DNA of 64,000 nucleotides, taken from positions 2,827-66,826 of the forward strand of contig CANRND010000010.1 in the NCBI GenBank assembly GCA_947631905.1. The letters run 5' to 3'. Shown piece by piece: positions 37,901 to 44,090 of the stretch (positions are counted from its first letter, which is position 1; each line of letters begins with the position of its first letter). The notes under the pieces are model-generated. The model was given only the letters and a program-made list of their open reading frames with translations, was not told the DNA's origin and did no database searches. The translations under genes and the position numbers were made by a program. Source of the stretch: an uncultured Clostridia bacterium (GTDB lineage Bacteria > Bacillota > Clostridia > Christensenellales > Borkfalkiaceae).

Positions 37901-38189
37901 AGATGCCGCAAACCGAGCATCTGTCGTTCACCCAAGTGTGGTTGCCGGTAGCAAGAGTTCCCGTCACGGTAACCTCGGCGCCACATTTGGAGCATTCGTA
38001 AGTTACAGTCCCGGTCGTGCCGCAGTTTCCTTGCGTGATTGCAACGACTTTACTGCCATCGAGATCATGTTCGCATGTAAGGGGATCGGTCCCGCAGGAT
38101 GCAAACAATATGGCAGACGTGCAAAGCACAAAGAAAGCCACAACGGCAATCAGGGCTCTGAAAAGCTTACTGGTTGATTGTCTTTCCAT
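28965..38189 (-). CDS. Giant (3074 aa) N-terminally anchored surface protein: Cys/His modules plus parallel beta-helix region
   Basis: N-terminal signal/anchor with Cys (LFASCG). More than 10 modules of the form H-x-[FWY]...C...C-x2-C (e.g. GHEFVPVYINTQDCVTAQDYVLVCKVC) in res ~38-1900. Res ~1950-2960 have beta-helix-like repeats (TLTNCNF, FTDCVFE, FAGCTFVGG, FENCTFV). No LPXTG motif. Confidence 0.85.
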   Translation of the reverse strand: MERQSTSKLFRALIAVVAFFVLCTSAILFASCGTDPLTCEHDLDGSKVVAITQGNCGTTGTVTYECSKCGAEVTVTGTLATGNHTWVNDRCSVCGISKDAAEGLTLQQVKDDLTTVLNTISGKVDTTSSGVNELTQKIVAALSTSDSTIPSLYDKLAEIKSALDALDLDFDFDIGDLALVDEASSGSTLGEVISSLYKQVNALYNNYAKGVSQESLYDLLVGGTGTSAHVHNWVLELKKGTTYSCTTPNTYVWGCAFCDEVKDGDVTVMATGHATEFKTGRTDPAHHYAATCITPERVEGHCANCNEWTGEWTEVGQPTYQHHYVETTEVVTDTDKTGVCTSKVVSVYHCETCGGAYVANDSSSSSNDHNYYYVADEDGNNKRPMTDAEKVKVWNNAYPADQIKDLSELSVSKTQDLNELLKEGKFTVKENDADKTYTYGLNIVYYSAPTCVDPALIVVECMECGVRYAYTFGSPDGHDFQQVAPEKDATCTMDGTEDYYYCDKCGYFFFFKDGEVTMKNGLVEVSKESLNYTRSYMTDLDGKVINDMSKDWKTNKKAYDMATEMKPVKGHEFVPVYINTQDCVTAQDYVLVCKVCFKDSTGKTFDQLTQTGTTENADALFYRKDAASPYSLKNLPDSNTNPKTLADLLKVVSGKATADDTATLKSDLTLEWEGLAPADRITVFAWLAKHGYLVRDGKDDEVFGSISKSTADGWYEDGELTETATATIQGYLDKLGSSFDLATLYNGYSAENTATKNVASNMLLGPEQAKNDPDTKVAVVKAFELPVVGHKFNDKFELVIGNCVMYERHVYFCSECGQKTGDPDATTEGGKVVVNPPYKSVTGDDDFVVAGYASTTAAPTGYQTDLDLSWNKVKTLGDDAKLMWLLKYGYLKDYRDSDTTVDWSVIDPTIGYEGLGELMVDEASNKKYGPYATELQAMLERTGFLNPTLKAEDYFTHSNVLLSDKIGVFEVLYTFKSGAMTPVVLGHTFDAVTLLAAEECDAPGQYVYICSVCGLKGTATIGSDKLTYQSGSNSVETKLKQVVDSKREYKTDKQLFEAAVAEENRGEGKTYTKTDLQLEWEALTVMDTAGMQVDAAKTEAAQFDWLLNHGYLNNIIDTYYTDGYKIGETLKGGYLAAEVAKLQEGAQFATTELYAAARGQVYKDGKLSLTADQKADILAIAKDLAKTNGHGTTAGDITVYYTQSGTAQTEALPANKTIDFAATTVPIAGHLWRRENGTVINLKTDPLCTDYQSEELKVFYDAGYMVKWVEPDKDTQTGKYKTNPAYDPTKPYETGKARYLKGTADAGWVQAGQFNPEHLSDDFKQAVEKYGILGACGRENCPHHTKYTLSTGNYTGEDEFTAGYYAATDHVMSYEKYQASSVTGYPTTDIETIPAEVEDEAPTHVYYNLNEVDTYWNAAAAAKYLPSTVAGATDEARWTAASKEQKDTAAQAAMDADLLNLYTLQKYWNALFIPAEWLNDATNGAARRAKYPTITLPLKEGTKDVDFVKLQALFDAVNAQLLWENITNGIVSKWRPMNDNGNPSCWVSLRCHWYHFTPNEEKGFTGRLCTKKDPENPHDDPYVGDFGYDTHVANCQHKDLCDTCGQPIGTKASHKLLRVDPKPGTPENPANQIEDKSLQAAWIEVLKAFKDGKVKWLEGVIELSAAAQAADFDWTKFDWAKDWTILEDTCYEGDETGAGREVGNNIYVCSGELEVIYNSMIKGDAEGKKLTWDQTMGTEKGKVNWTTSENKANSTNNYFVEEIDKAPHKYEIRYYLPKVNEKGEVIEDEFEEYTQDQWDNGWTDEDGNYHYAAKFDERVCEDGYYTDYVCVNPRRGTTERCGHIDAKRHKDYEAVGHTRAPVENYWEYTTSYKAPDPKTGKNASMLLTCVICGMHFDREWGDTTSGEGDREQYQVATESQIDIWNAFVDKWNADEKHLEDTKYRAQLVRTEDVLTGGVEDGTIAAGASIFDEGLNIVNEDVTFTLKGEGQVGKLGSETTVVVGKNKTVTFKADTAAVEPGIEFHGKVKFVGEEGATVDFSDVNGLLEAWNNVDLTFENVKVVLEEADSTSDTQIAVQGKYNTFTFKNATVVSNDTPFTFNRKAALGGSQVVIEDSVFASTGSVALSIWNRWVAVTATNSVFAGKWAGAYIRGGSAVFTDCVFETVAGQKGTDSSGEQIATSAALIAGNWDAAASYGNAKVTLTNCNFKLVNEINADELAQKYMTVALTETDCTAQDPAIAVVSVAQSEGEVRKTTVTLDPKSYVNTKTFIDTTRGYKSEEDASKTTFSVVLPQNMTAEAFGDTEEEQKATAAKLVESLATKGGYVALPQDLSFSVSGDSSLEIPAGVELEIDIGEGSQVDLAKGLDVKGKLTVEGDGTLLVQKRTSGNIGVLVDGENAELNIKGGNLSVSSGENVNGAPYAIYAKNGATVNVSNSVVYSSVGKVLGTNAQDQTSAKFILINSAFINDTKTADASEGSSFAVLVNNKNAEIYAGGCTFYGTSGAVWVRAAKKAVFAGCTFVGGGVASTETKWGAGATLPKEVLAVLVIGNGQGDAYGAVDAMITDCKVETVTAKAAGQGQPTTGVNSDVYEWDTEKDTLKKGTGKVAVPGYGKSATATIADANTKLFSVVAYNSTKTTVAFSDLNTAKAFIGGEALTKGTNAFFCGTATRNSFDVKYDTTPGTGEATYASIKINEETAPDAGTAADTLKDVLANGGELTFTAPAAEAQGKTLTVSSDTALTVAEDTTINLNGNTLAVTNGIKVSDDTALTVKGGSVTANVTVLEEGNVTLNDVDLTGGINLTYPAEAVAKESTAHITLTGSTVTCSGTETADTPLYVNGNVDGATVTLTDSEFLSNNGLALWIAGKTTIVATNCLFYGSVAAVQVCSGDVTFENCTFVTSSDDKWESNGEEVTWLGSGSNGFPKETRANLVVNAKGGGYDAPVTVTVKGEKTEFAVLEKVTDYAPSNVLKAGEADETKTTKLENFDYYYKKATETTVSEISVAVVSAKASEATSALVKLTVTNVEVAFKLGQNVFVYTTLGNADSKTAATEDKTVTPEVAQKVIEGLTGLAARDE

Positions 38190-38477
38190 AATGATTCTCC
38201 TTTCCTTATTTTTCTTACCTTAGAAGTTGCACATAAAGGGCCTTTATGGCACTATCGGGCTACATTTTATCACGATTTGCGCGGGCGGTCAAGCAATTAC
38301 AAACAAAAAAGAAAGCATTTTTTGAAAAAAACGACAGAAATACCCGAAGTCGGCAGAAAAACATCACCGCTTCGGGGTGTGCGTTTCCGCTTTTTTTACA
38401 AAATTCAACCGTTTTCACGCTCTTCGTATTCAATTGTAGACCCAAAGCGCATAGAAACCCGCTAAGTGTACATGGGT

Positions 38478-38506
38478 ATTATAACAAAGCAAGTGACGTG
38501 TGTCAA
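38478..38506 (-). promoter_or_regulatory. Consensus sigma-A promoter of the 3074-aa gene
   Basis: Minus strand reads TTGACA (38501-38506), a 17-nt spacer, then TATAAT (38478-38483), about 280 nt upstream of the ATG. A second candidate, TTGACC-17-TAAAAT, lies at 38264-38292. Confidence 0.65.
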
Positions 38507-38730
38507 GAGTTTTAAGAAATTTTTTCACGTTATTTTTTGAGATTTTGTGCCTTTTTTGGATATTTCAACCTTTTTTGTCAATTTGTCACATCCTACGCGC
38601 GCGCATACACGCGTATATATAGTGTGAAAGTGCAAGGGCGGGGCAGAACCTGCCCCCATTTATGGGGGCGGGTGGCGCCGTTCTTACCGGAGGGGGGGAA
38701 GCCGCGCGCGAAGCCCCCGTTCCAAATCAC

Positions 38731-39013
38731 GTCATGTTGAGCGAAGTGGAGACATCTCTACCTCTTTAATAATTGGAGATTTCTCCACGCGCCGCTAACG
38801 CGGCTTGGTACTTCGCCTGCGGCTCGTGCCGCCCTTAGACAACATAGAACGTGCGGGCGGTCGAAATGACAAATTGGGGAGCCTCGCAGTTCCTAATTGT
38901 CATCCCGAGCGTAGTCGCCCCGCGCGCTGTTCTAAATCACGTCATCCCGAGCGGAACGCCGTTCTAAATCACGTCATGTTGAGCGGAACGAAGTGGAGTC
39001 GAAACATCTCTAC
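38731..39013. repeat. Cluster of dispersed hairpin modules including one long composite element
   Basis: A module at 38731 (gtcaTGTTgagcgaagtggaGACAtctc), an AT-rich loop and a long inverted arm ending tcgaaatgac (38776-38872) form the composite. Further modules lie at 38898, 38941 and 38973-39013. Confidence 0.75.
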
Positions 39014-39085
39014 CTTATTTCCCCCGCCCCGTTATATTATTTCGACAATTATCTAAATATGAAAAATTTTTAATTAGATAATCAT

Positions 39086-40192
39086 CTAATTATGCCGTTT
39101 TGCGCCATTTTTCGCGCCAAAAACAGGCTTTGAGAGGATACCGCTCTCCAAAGTGAGCTTTTCGGTTTCCGCGCGCATTCCCTCTTCCACAAGCAAATTG
39201 AGGAGCGCGCGCGCCTTTGTAAGGCTCTCTCCGAAGAGGTAGGTTGCGAGCGTCCCCGGAACGGTATTCAGCTCGTTGAAATAAACCTCGCCCTCTTGCG
39301 AGAGCAAAAAGTCCGCACGCACGATGCCGCGGATGTTCAGCCGCGCATAGACGCATTTGAGCATTTGCGCAATTTTTTCCGCCGTCTCCTCAGGGAGCTT
39401 TGCGGGAAGCTCGTGGCGGCGTTCGCCCTCGCCCTCGTATTTTTCTCCGAACGTGAGAATGGGTGAACCCGAAAACACTTCTTCGATGGGCGATAAAACG
39501 ATTTCCCCGCCCGCGCGGTAGGCCGCAATGTTCAGATCGCGCTTACCCGCAAGATACTTTTCGACGAGCGCGGCCCTGTCGAGGCGGAACGCGAGCGCGA
39601 GTGCCTCATTCAGTTCTTCCTCATTTTTCGCCACAGAAATGCCCACGCTCGAACCGAGCTTGCAGGGCTTTACGATCACGGGATAGCCGAGCGCCTCTGC
39701 CTGCGCCCGCCAGCCGCCAGCCACAAACTCGCTTTCGGTAAGCGGAAAGGACTCTACGACGGGGATCTGCATTCCTTTCAAAAAATCCTTTGCGAGAATT
39801 TTATCGAGAAAGAGCGCAGAGGTTGCAAGGTCGGGCGAAGCCGAGGGGATGCCGTACCATGTAAGAAGTGCCGAGAGAACGCCCCCCTCGCCCATGCCGC
39901 CGTGGCAACAGTTGAGCGCGCAGTCTATGGGGATCGTCTTTTTGGGCTTCCGCGCCTCGGCAATGCCGCCGCGGGTAAAGACCGCGCGTTTCAGGCCCTT
40001 CGGCGTTCCCCCCCCCGTGCGAAACTCCTCCACGCCGAACGCGTCGCCGAACAGCATCCCGCCGTCGGGATCGAGATAGACGGGCAGTACCCGATGATCG
40101 CCACGCAACAGATTGGCGCAATACAGCCCCGTGATCACCGAGATCTCTCTTTCGTTGGACTTCCCGCCGAAAAACACCGCTACCGTTTTCAT
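39086..40192 (-). CDS. ddl: D-alanine--D-alanine ligase
   Basis: 368 aa, MKTVAVFFGGKSNEREISVITG, an ATP-grasp core, and C-terminal YFNELNTVPG; adjacent to murF. Confidence 0.93.
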   Translation of the reverse strand: MKTVAVFFGGKSNEREISVITGLYCANLLRGDHRVLPVYLDPDGGMLFGDAFGVEEFRTGGGTPKGLKRAVFTRGGIAEARKPKKTIPIDCALNCCHGGMGEGGVLSALLTWYGIPSASPDLATSALFLDKILAKDFLKGMQIPVVESFPLTESEFVAGGWRAQAEALGYPVIVKPCKLGSSVGISVAKNEEELNEALALAFRLDRAALVEKYLAGKRDLNIAAYRAGGEIVLSPIEEVFSGSPILTFGEKYEGEGERRHELPAKLPEETAEKIAQMLKCVYARLNIRGIVRADFLLSQEGEVYFNELNTVPGTLATYLFGESLTKARALLNLLVEEGMRAETEKLTLESGILSKPVFGAKNGAKRHN

Positions 40193-40270
40193 ATTTTTTC
40201 TCCTTATATTTTCCTGCCGCCCGCCTTTTCCCCGTTTCGCGGGGAAAAGGCGGGCGGCGAATTTTTCCGC

Positions 40271-40300
40271 AAAAAAACACCGAAGCGGTCGTCTTCGGTG
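40271..40300 (-). terminator. Rho-independent terminator after murF
   Basis: Minus-strand CACCGAAG-acgaccg-CTTCGGTG followed by UUUUUUU. Confidence 0.7.
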
Positions 40301-40334
40301 CTAATCGCCGTTTGGCGGAAGTTACAATAAGAAG

Positions 40335-41918
40335 TTACGCGTAGATGTCGGGCAGGTCGTTGAGGAACAGCACGCTGTCGCCCGCGGAAAGCTCCCGCGC
40401 GAGGATCTCCTGCGCCTTTTGCAGGGTGGGGACGACGCGGAGCCGCCCCTCTTCGCCGCCCGCTTCCGCATAGCCGCGGCGGACGGGTTGCACGAGGGTC
40501 TCGCCCACGAGGATCACGTCAAGCCCCACGAGGGACGCGCCGAGTTCCATGTTCTTCTCCTCTTCGAGCGCGCCGAGTTCCACGATCCCGGGTGTGACGA
40601 CATACCGTTTGCCGCCGAAGCATTTGAGCGTTTCCACGGCGTTCTGCGCGCCCGCCACGTTGGAGTTGTAGCTGTCGTCGAGAATGTTCAGCCCGTTTGC
40701 TTTGAGCAGTTGCAGGCGGTGCGGCACGGGTTGCAATTTTTCCGCGGCGCGGGCGATCTCCTCTGCCGTCATGCCGAGCAAAGAGCAGAGCGCGCCCGCC
40801 AGCGCAATGTCCTCGGCGGCGTGTCTGCCCAAAAGCCGCGTGAAGATATGCGCACGTGCGCTCCCGATCCGCAGATCGAAATTCGTCCCCTCTTCGGAAA
40901 TTCCGACGTTTTCCGCCGCAAAGTCCTCCCCCTCGCGCAGGGCGTTCTCCGCGGAAATATCCGCCGCGCTTTCGCCCAAAACCGCATGGCTAACCTGCGC
41001 GGCGAGCGTCCCCTTTTCCTCTTTGATCGCTTTAAGCGTGCCGAACGTCTCGATGTGCTGGGGGCATACGCCCGTAACAACGCCGTATTCGGGCCGCACA
41101 AGGTCGCAAAGCTCGGCAATGTCCCCCGTGTGCCGCGCGCCCATCTCCGCGAGGAAAATATCGCAGTCCGTTCCGAGTTCTTTCACCGTTTTGGCGACGC
41201 CCATCGGCGTGTTGTAAGAGGCAGGCGTGGCGATCACCTTAAATTTTTCCGAGAGCATGGCGGCGGCGTAGTGCTTTACGCTCGTCTTGCCGAAACTCCC
41301 CGTAATGCCGACCTTGATACATTTGCTTGCGGAAAGTGCCTTTTGCGCTTTGCGGACAAATGCGCGGTTGTGCGGGATCTCATATGCGCACATGAGGAAG
41401 TTCGCCGCGCAGAGGGTAAACGGCAACAGCGCGGGCAAAAGGGCGAACGGCACAAAGCGCAACAAAAAGAACCACGTCTCATCCACCGCGAGCGAGGCGT
41501 AAGCCAGCCCGAACCCGAGTCCCACGCAGAGCGCAAACACCAAAATATAGTGCGCGGCGGCAAGCCGTATCACCCGCGCCGAGGGTTTCGGGCTCACTTT
41601 GAGGGCATACTTCTTCTCCGACCAAAGATAGAGAACGAAAATGCCTATAAAGGGGGCAATGGAAATGGTATTTGCCCATACGTATCCCAAAAAGGAAAAG
41701 CAAACGTTGAAAAGCGCGGTAAGCAAGGCAAGCGAGAGCGCCAGAAGGGAGAGCCGTTTGCGCTGGATGTTGCCTTTCCCGAAATACCACTTGAAAAAGC
41801 GGCGCGCCGAATACCCGCTCTGTTGCAAGAGCGCGCAAAGCCGCAGGGAAGCGTCCGCGAAAAGATACCCCGCGATTGCAGCTCCGAACAAAATTCCTAT
41901 GAGAAGATGGTCATTCAT
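40335..41918 (-). CDS. murF: UDP-MurNAc-tripeptide--D-Ala-D-Ala ligase (MurF) with polytopic membrane N-terminal domain
   Basis: Mur ligase P-loop VGITGSFGKTSVKHY and C-terminal LDDSYNSNVAGAQNAVETL (the MurF DDSYNANP motif). Residues 1-~190 are about 5 hydrophobic helices instead of the usual soluble domain 1. Confidence 0.8.
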   Translation of the reverse strand: MNDHLLIGILFGAAIAGYLFADASLRLCALLQQSGYSARRFFKWYFGKGNIQRKRLSLLALSLALLTALFNVCFSFLGYVWANTISIAPFIGIFVLYLWSEKKYALKVSPKPSARVIRLAAAHYILVFALCVGLGFGLAYASLAVDETWFFLLRFVPFALLPALLPFTLCAANFLMCAYEIPHNRAFVRKAQKALSASKCIKVGITGSFGKTSVKHYAAAMLSEKFKVIATPASYNTPMGVAKTVKELGTDCDIFLAEMGARHTGDIAELCDLVRPEYGVVTGVCPQHIETFGTLKAIKEEKGTLAAQVSHAVLGESAADISAENALREGEDFAAENVGISEEGTNFDLRIGSARAHIFTRLLGRHAAEDIALAGALCSLLGMTAEEIARAAEKLQPVPHRLQLLKANGLNILDDSYNSNVAGAQNAVETLKCFGGKRYVVTPGIVELGALEEEKNMELGASLVGLDVILVGETLVQPVRRGYAEAGGEEGRLRVVPTLQKAQEILARELSAGDSVLFLNDLPDIYA

Positions 41919-42612
41919 TGAAAAACTCCTCTGCCGCTAAATTGAAAGCGAGCGGATCGTCGAGGTGGCAGAAATGCCCGCAACCGCGCATCGTGATCCG
42001 CTTGCTTCCCGCCACGCGGGCTTCGTATATCTTTGCCGAGGAGGGCGGGGTCGCCGTATCCTTTTCTCCGTTGATAAAGAGTACGGGGCGGGAAATTTTT
42101 TCCGCGTCCTCCCTCAGATCCTCGTTCACGATCTTTTTATAGCTCTCCCGCATCAGGGGAGAGAGGGTGCGGTATTCCGCGCTCCCGAAGTGCGTTTTTG
42201 CATACATGGGTGCGATTTTCCGCACAAATTTATAGGTGTACACCTGCGCATAATAGCGCATGTTCCGCCTCGGGCGGATGCCCGCGCAACCGCACAGCAC
42301 GGCGCGGTCGAAGAGGTCACCCCGCGAAAGACATTTCACCGCGACCCGTCCCCCAAATGAATGGGCGATGACGAGCGGGAACGCGATCCCCTCTTCCAGC
42401 AAAAAATTCTCCGTCCAGTCGGCATAGTCGCCCACCGACCACGCGTCGGGGATGGGATCGCTCCCGCCAAAGCCCGGGAAGTCGAACGCCGTCACGCGGT
42501 AAAAACGGGAAAAATATTCGATCTGGGGATAAAAACTCTCCTTTGTCGCCAGGTAACCGTGCAGAAACACGAGGTCGCGCCCCGTCCCCCTGCGAAGCAC
42601 GGAAACGTTCAA
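41911..42612 (-). CDS. Alpha/beta-fold hydrolase
   Basis: 233 aa, LVFLHGYL, nucleophile elbow AHSFGG, and C-terminal GHFCHLDDP (His of the triad). Confidence 0.75.
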   Translation of the reverse strand: MNVSVLRRGTGRDLVFLHGYLATKESFYPQIEYFSRFYRVTAFDFPGFGGSDPIPDAWSVGDYADWTENFLLEEGIAFPLVIAHSFGGRVAVKCLSRGDLFDRAVLCGCAGIRPRRNMRYYAQVYTYKFVRKIAPMYAKTHFGSAEYRTLSPLMRESYKKIVNEDLREDAEKISRPVLFINGEKDTATPPSSAKIYEARVAGSKRITMRGCGHFCHLDDPLAFNLAAEEFFNE

Positions 42613-43047
42613 TCAAAGCTCCTTTTTCATGACGATGGCGTCCTCGCCGTTGGCATAGTATCGGGAGCGCGCATACAGCCCCTCGAACCCGTTTTTCAGA
42701 TAGAACATGAGCGCGGGCGCATTGGAAACGCGCACTTCGAGAAAGAGCCGCTTCACGCCCCGTTTTTTGCTCTCGCGGACGAGATCTTCGAGGACTTTTT
42801 GCCCGCGGCCGCAACGGCGGTACATTTCGGCGGTGGCGATGAGTTCGAGTTCGCCCTCTTCCTCCACAAAGCTCACGCCGCCGTAAGCGGTGATCACGCC
42901 GTCCTCTTCGAGCAACGTGCCGATGAACCTGCCCGAGAGAAAGGACTCCGCAAGGGAGCGCACGTTCCACGCGTCGTCCGAAAAGCACTCCTTTTCGAGC
43001 TGGGCGATCTCGTTCAGATCTTCGAATGTCCAGAATCTGCCGTTCAT
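42613..43047 (-). CDS. rimI: Ribosomal-protein-alanine N-acetyltransferase (GNAT)
   Basis: ORF trimmed to MNGRFWTFEDLNEIAQLEKECFSDDAW, whose ATG overlaps the tsaB stop (ATGA). GNAT motif RRCGRGQKVLEDL. Sits in the rimI-tsaB-tsaE context. Confidence 0.8.
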   Translation of the reverse strand: MNGRFWTFEDLNEIAQLEKECFSDDAWNVRSLAESFLSGRFIGTLLEEDGVITAYGGVSFVEEEGELELIATAEMYRRCGRGQKVLEDLVRESKKRGVKRLFLEVRVSNAPALMFYLKNGFEGLYARSRYYANGEDAIVMKKEL

Positions 43048-43652
43048 TTGCGGTTCTCCTCTGCGGACGATCTTCTCATATAAAAAGCGCGAAGCCCGCT
43101 TGCGGGCGCGGCTTCCCCCGCTTTTTTTAGCACGGCGCGGACGAGTCCCTCGCAAGGATCGGCGCGCTCGGCCCCGAACGGGATCTCCTCCGCCGAAAGC
43201 GGGACAAAGCCCCCGCGCACAAGTTCCTCGGCCTGCGCAAGTGAGACAATGGCGGGACCCGAAACGATACCGCTTCCCGCATAACCGCAGGCGTATAGCT
43301 CTCCCCGTCCCGCATCGATGAGCGCGAGCCGCTTTTCGCTCTCCTCATTGTATGCGATACAGTCGAAAGAGGTGACGGAAAGGGCGGGCTTTTGCAAGGC
43401 GAAGCACAGCCCCTTGACCGTGGAAATGCCGATACGGATGCCCGTAAACGAACCGGGGCCTGTGACGGCGGCAAAGAAGTCGCATTCCTGCGCGGACATA
43501 TGCGCGCGGGAGAATGCCTCCGCGATCTTGTCCATTAAGACCACCGAATGCTTCATGGCGCAATCGTTTTCGAGGATCTTTTCCGCCCTGCCCTCGTTAT
43601 ATGCAACGACGGACAGATATTTTCCGCTCGTATCTATTGCCAAAAATTTCAA
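43044..43652 (-). CDS. tsaB: tRNA t6A biosynthesis protein TsaB
   Basis: (M)KFLAIDTSGKYLSVVAY...TGPGSFTGIRIGISTVKG is the canonical TsaB pattern. I propose a TTG start at 43650-43652 (RBS GGGAG upstream) overlapping the tsaE stop. The ORF-track start at 43742 adds a non-homologous extension. Confidence 0.8.
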   Translation of the reverse strand: MKFLAIDTSGKYLSVVAYNEGRAEKILENDCAMKHSVVLMDKIAEAFSRAHMSAQECDFFAAVTGPGSFTGIRIGISTVKGLCFALQKPALSVTSFDCIAYNEESEKRLALIDAGRGELYACGYAGSGIVSGPAIVSLAQAEELVRGGFVPLSAEEIPFGAERADPCEGLVRAVLKKAGEAAPASGLRAFYMRRSSAEENRK

Positions 43653-44050
43653 AATTCGATCTCCCGCGGGCCGTCCCCCATGCCGCAAATGCGCACCCGT
43701 TTGCAGTTTTCGGGCAAAAGCCCCGCAATGTTTTCGCTCCACTCCACGAGGCAGACGCCGCCCGCTTCAAAATAATCGCAAAAGCCGAGTTCGATCGCCT
43801 GCCGCTCGGAAACAATGCGGTAGCAGTCGAAATGAAAAAGTTTGTCCCCGTACGTGTTGACATAGGCGTAAGTGGGGCTTGTAATCTCGTCCCGAATGCC
43901 CAGCCCCTTTGCGATCCCCTTTGCAAGCACGGTTTTTCCCGCGCCCATATTGCCGTCGAGCAGCACGGTATCGCCCGCTTTCAAACTTTTGGCATACCTC
44001 TCCGCCCACGCGGCCGTCTCCGCGGGGGAGTGCGAAACAAAAACAGCCAT
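43649..44050 (-). CDS. tsaE: tRNA t6A biosynthesis ATPase TsaE
   Basis: 133 aa, LDGNMGAGKTVLAKGIAKGLGI...SPTYAYVNTY is the TsaE signature. Confidence 0.9.
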   Translation of the reverse strand: MAVFVSHSPAETAAWAERYAKSLKAGDTVLLDGNMGAGKTVLAKGIAKGLGIRDEITSPTYAYVNTYGDKLFHFDCYRIVSERQAIELGFCDYFEAGGVCLVEWSENIAGLLPENCKRVRICGMGDGPREIEF

Positions 44051-44090
44051 ATCCTTATTATAGCGGATAAGGCTGTAATTTGCAAGAATT

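Noticed and set aside
18471-38177. Very long plus-strand ORFs antisense to the two giant genes (18471..23255 at 1594 aa; 28956..32270 at 1104 aa; 32379..35345 at 988 aa; 35382..38177 at 931 aa).
   Set aside because: Same reasoning. The minus-strand frames carry signal peptides, S8 catalytic motifs, LRRs and beta-helix repeats. The plus-strand translations are compositionally biased and lack start-site context (RBS or promoter).
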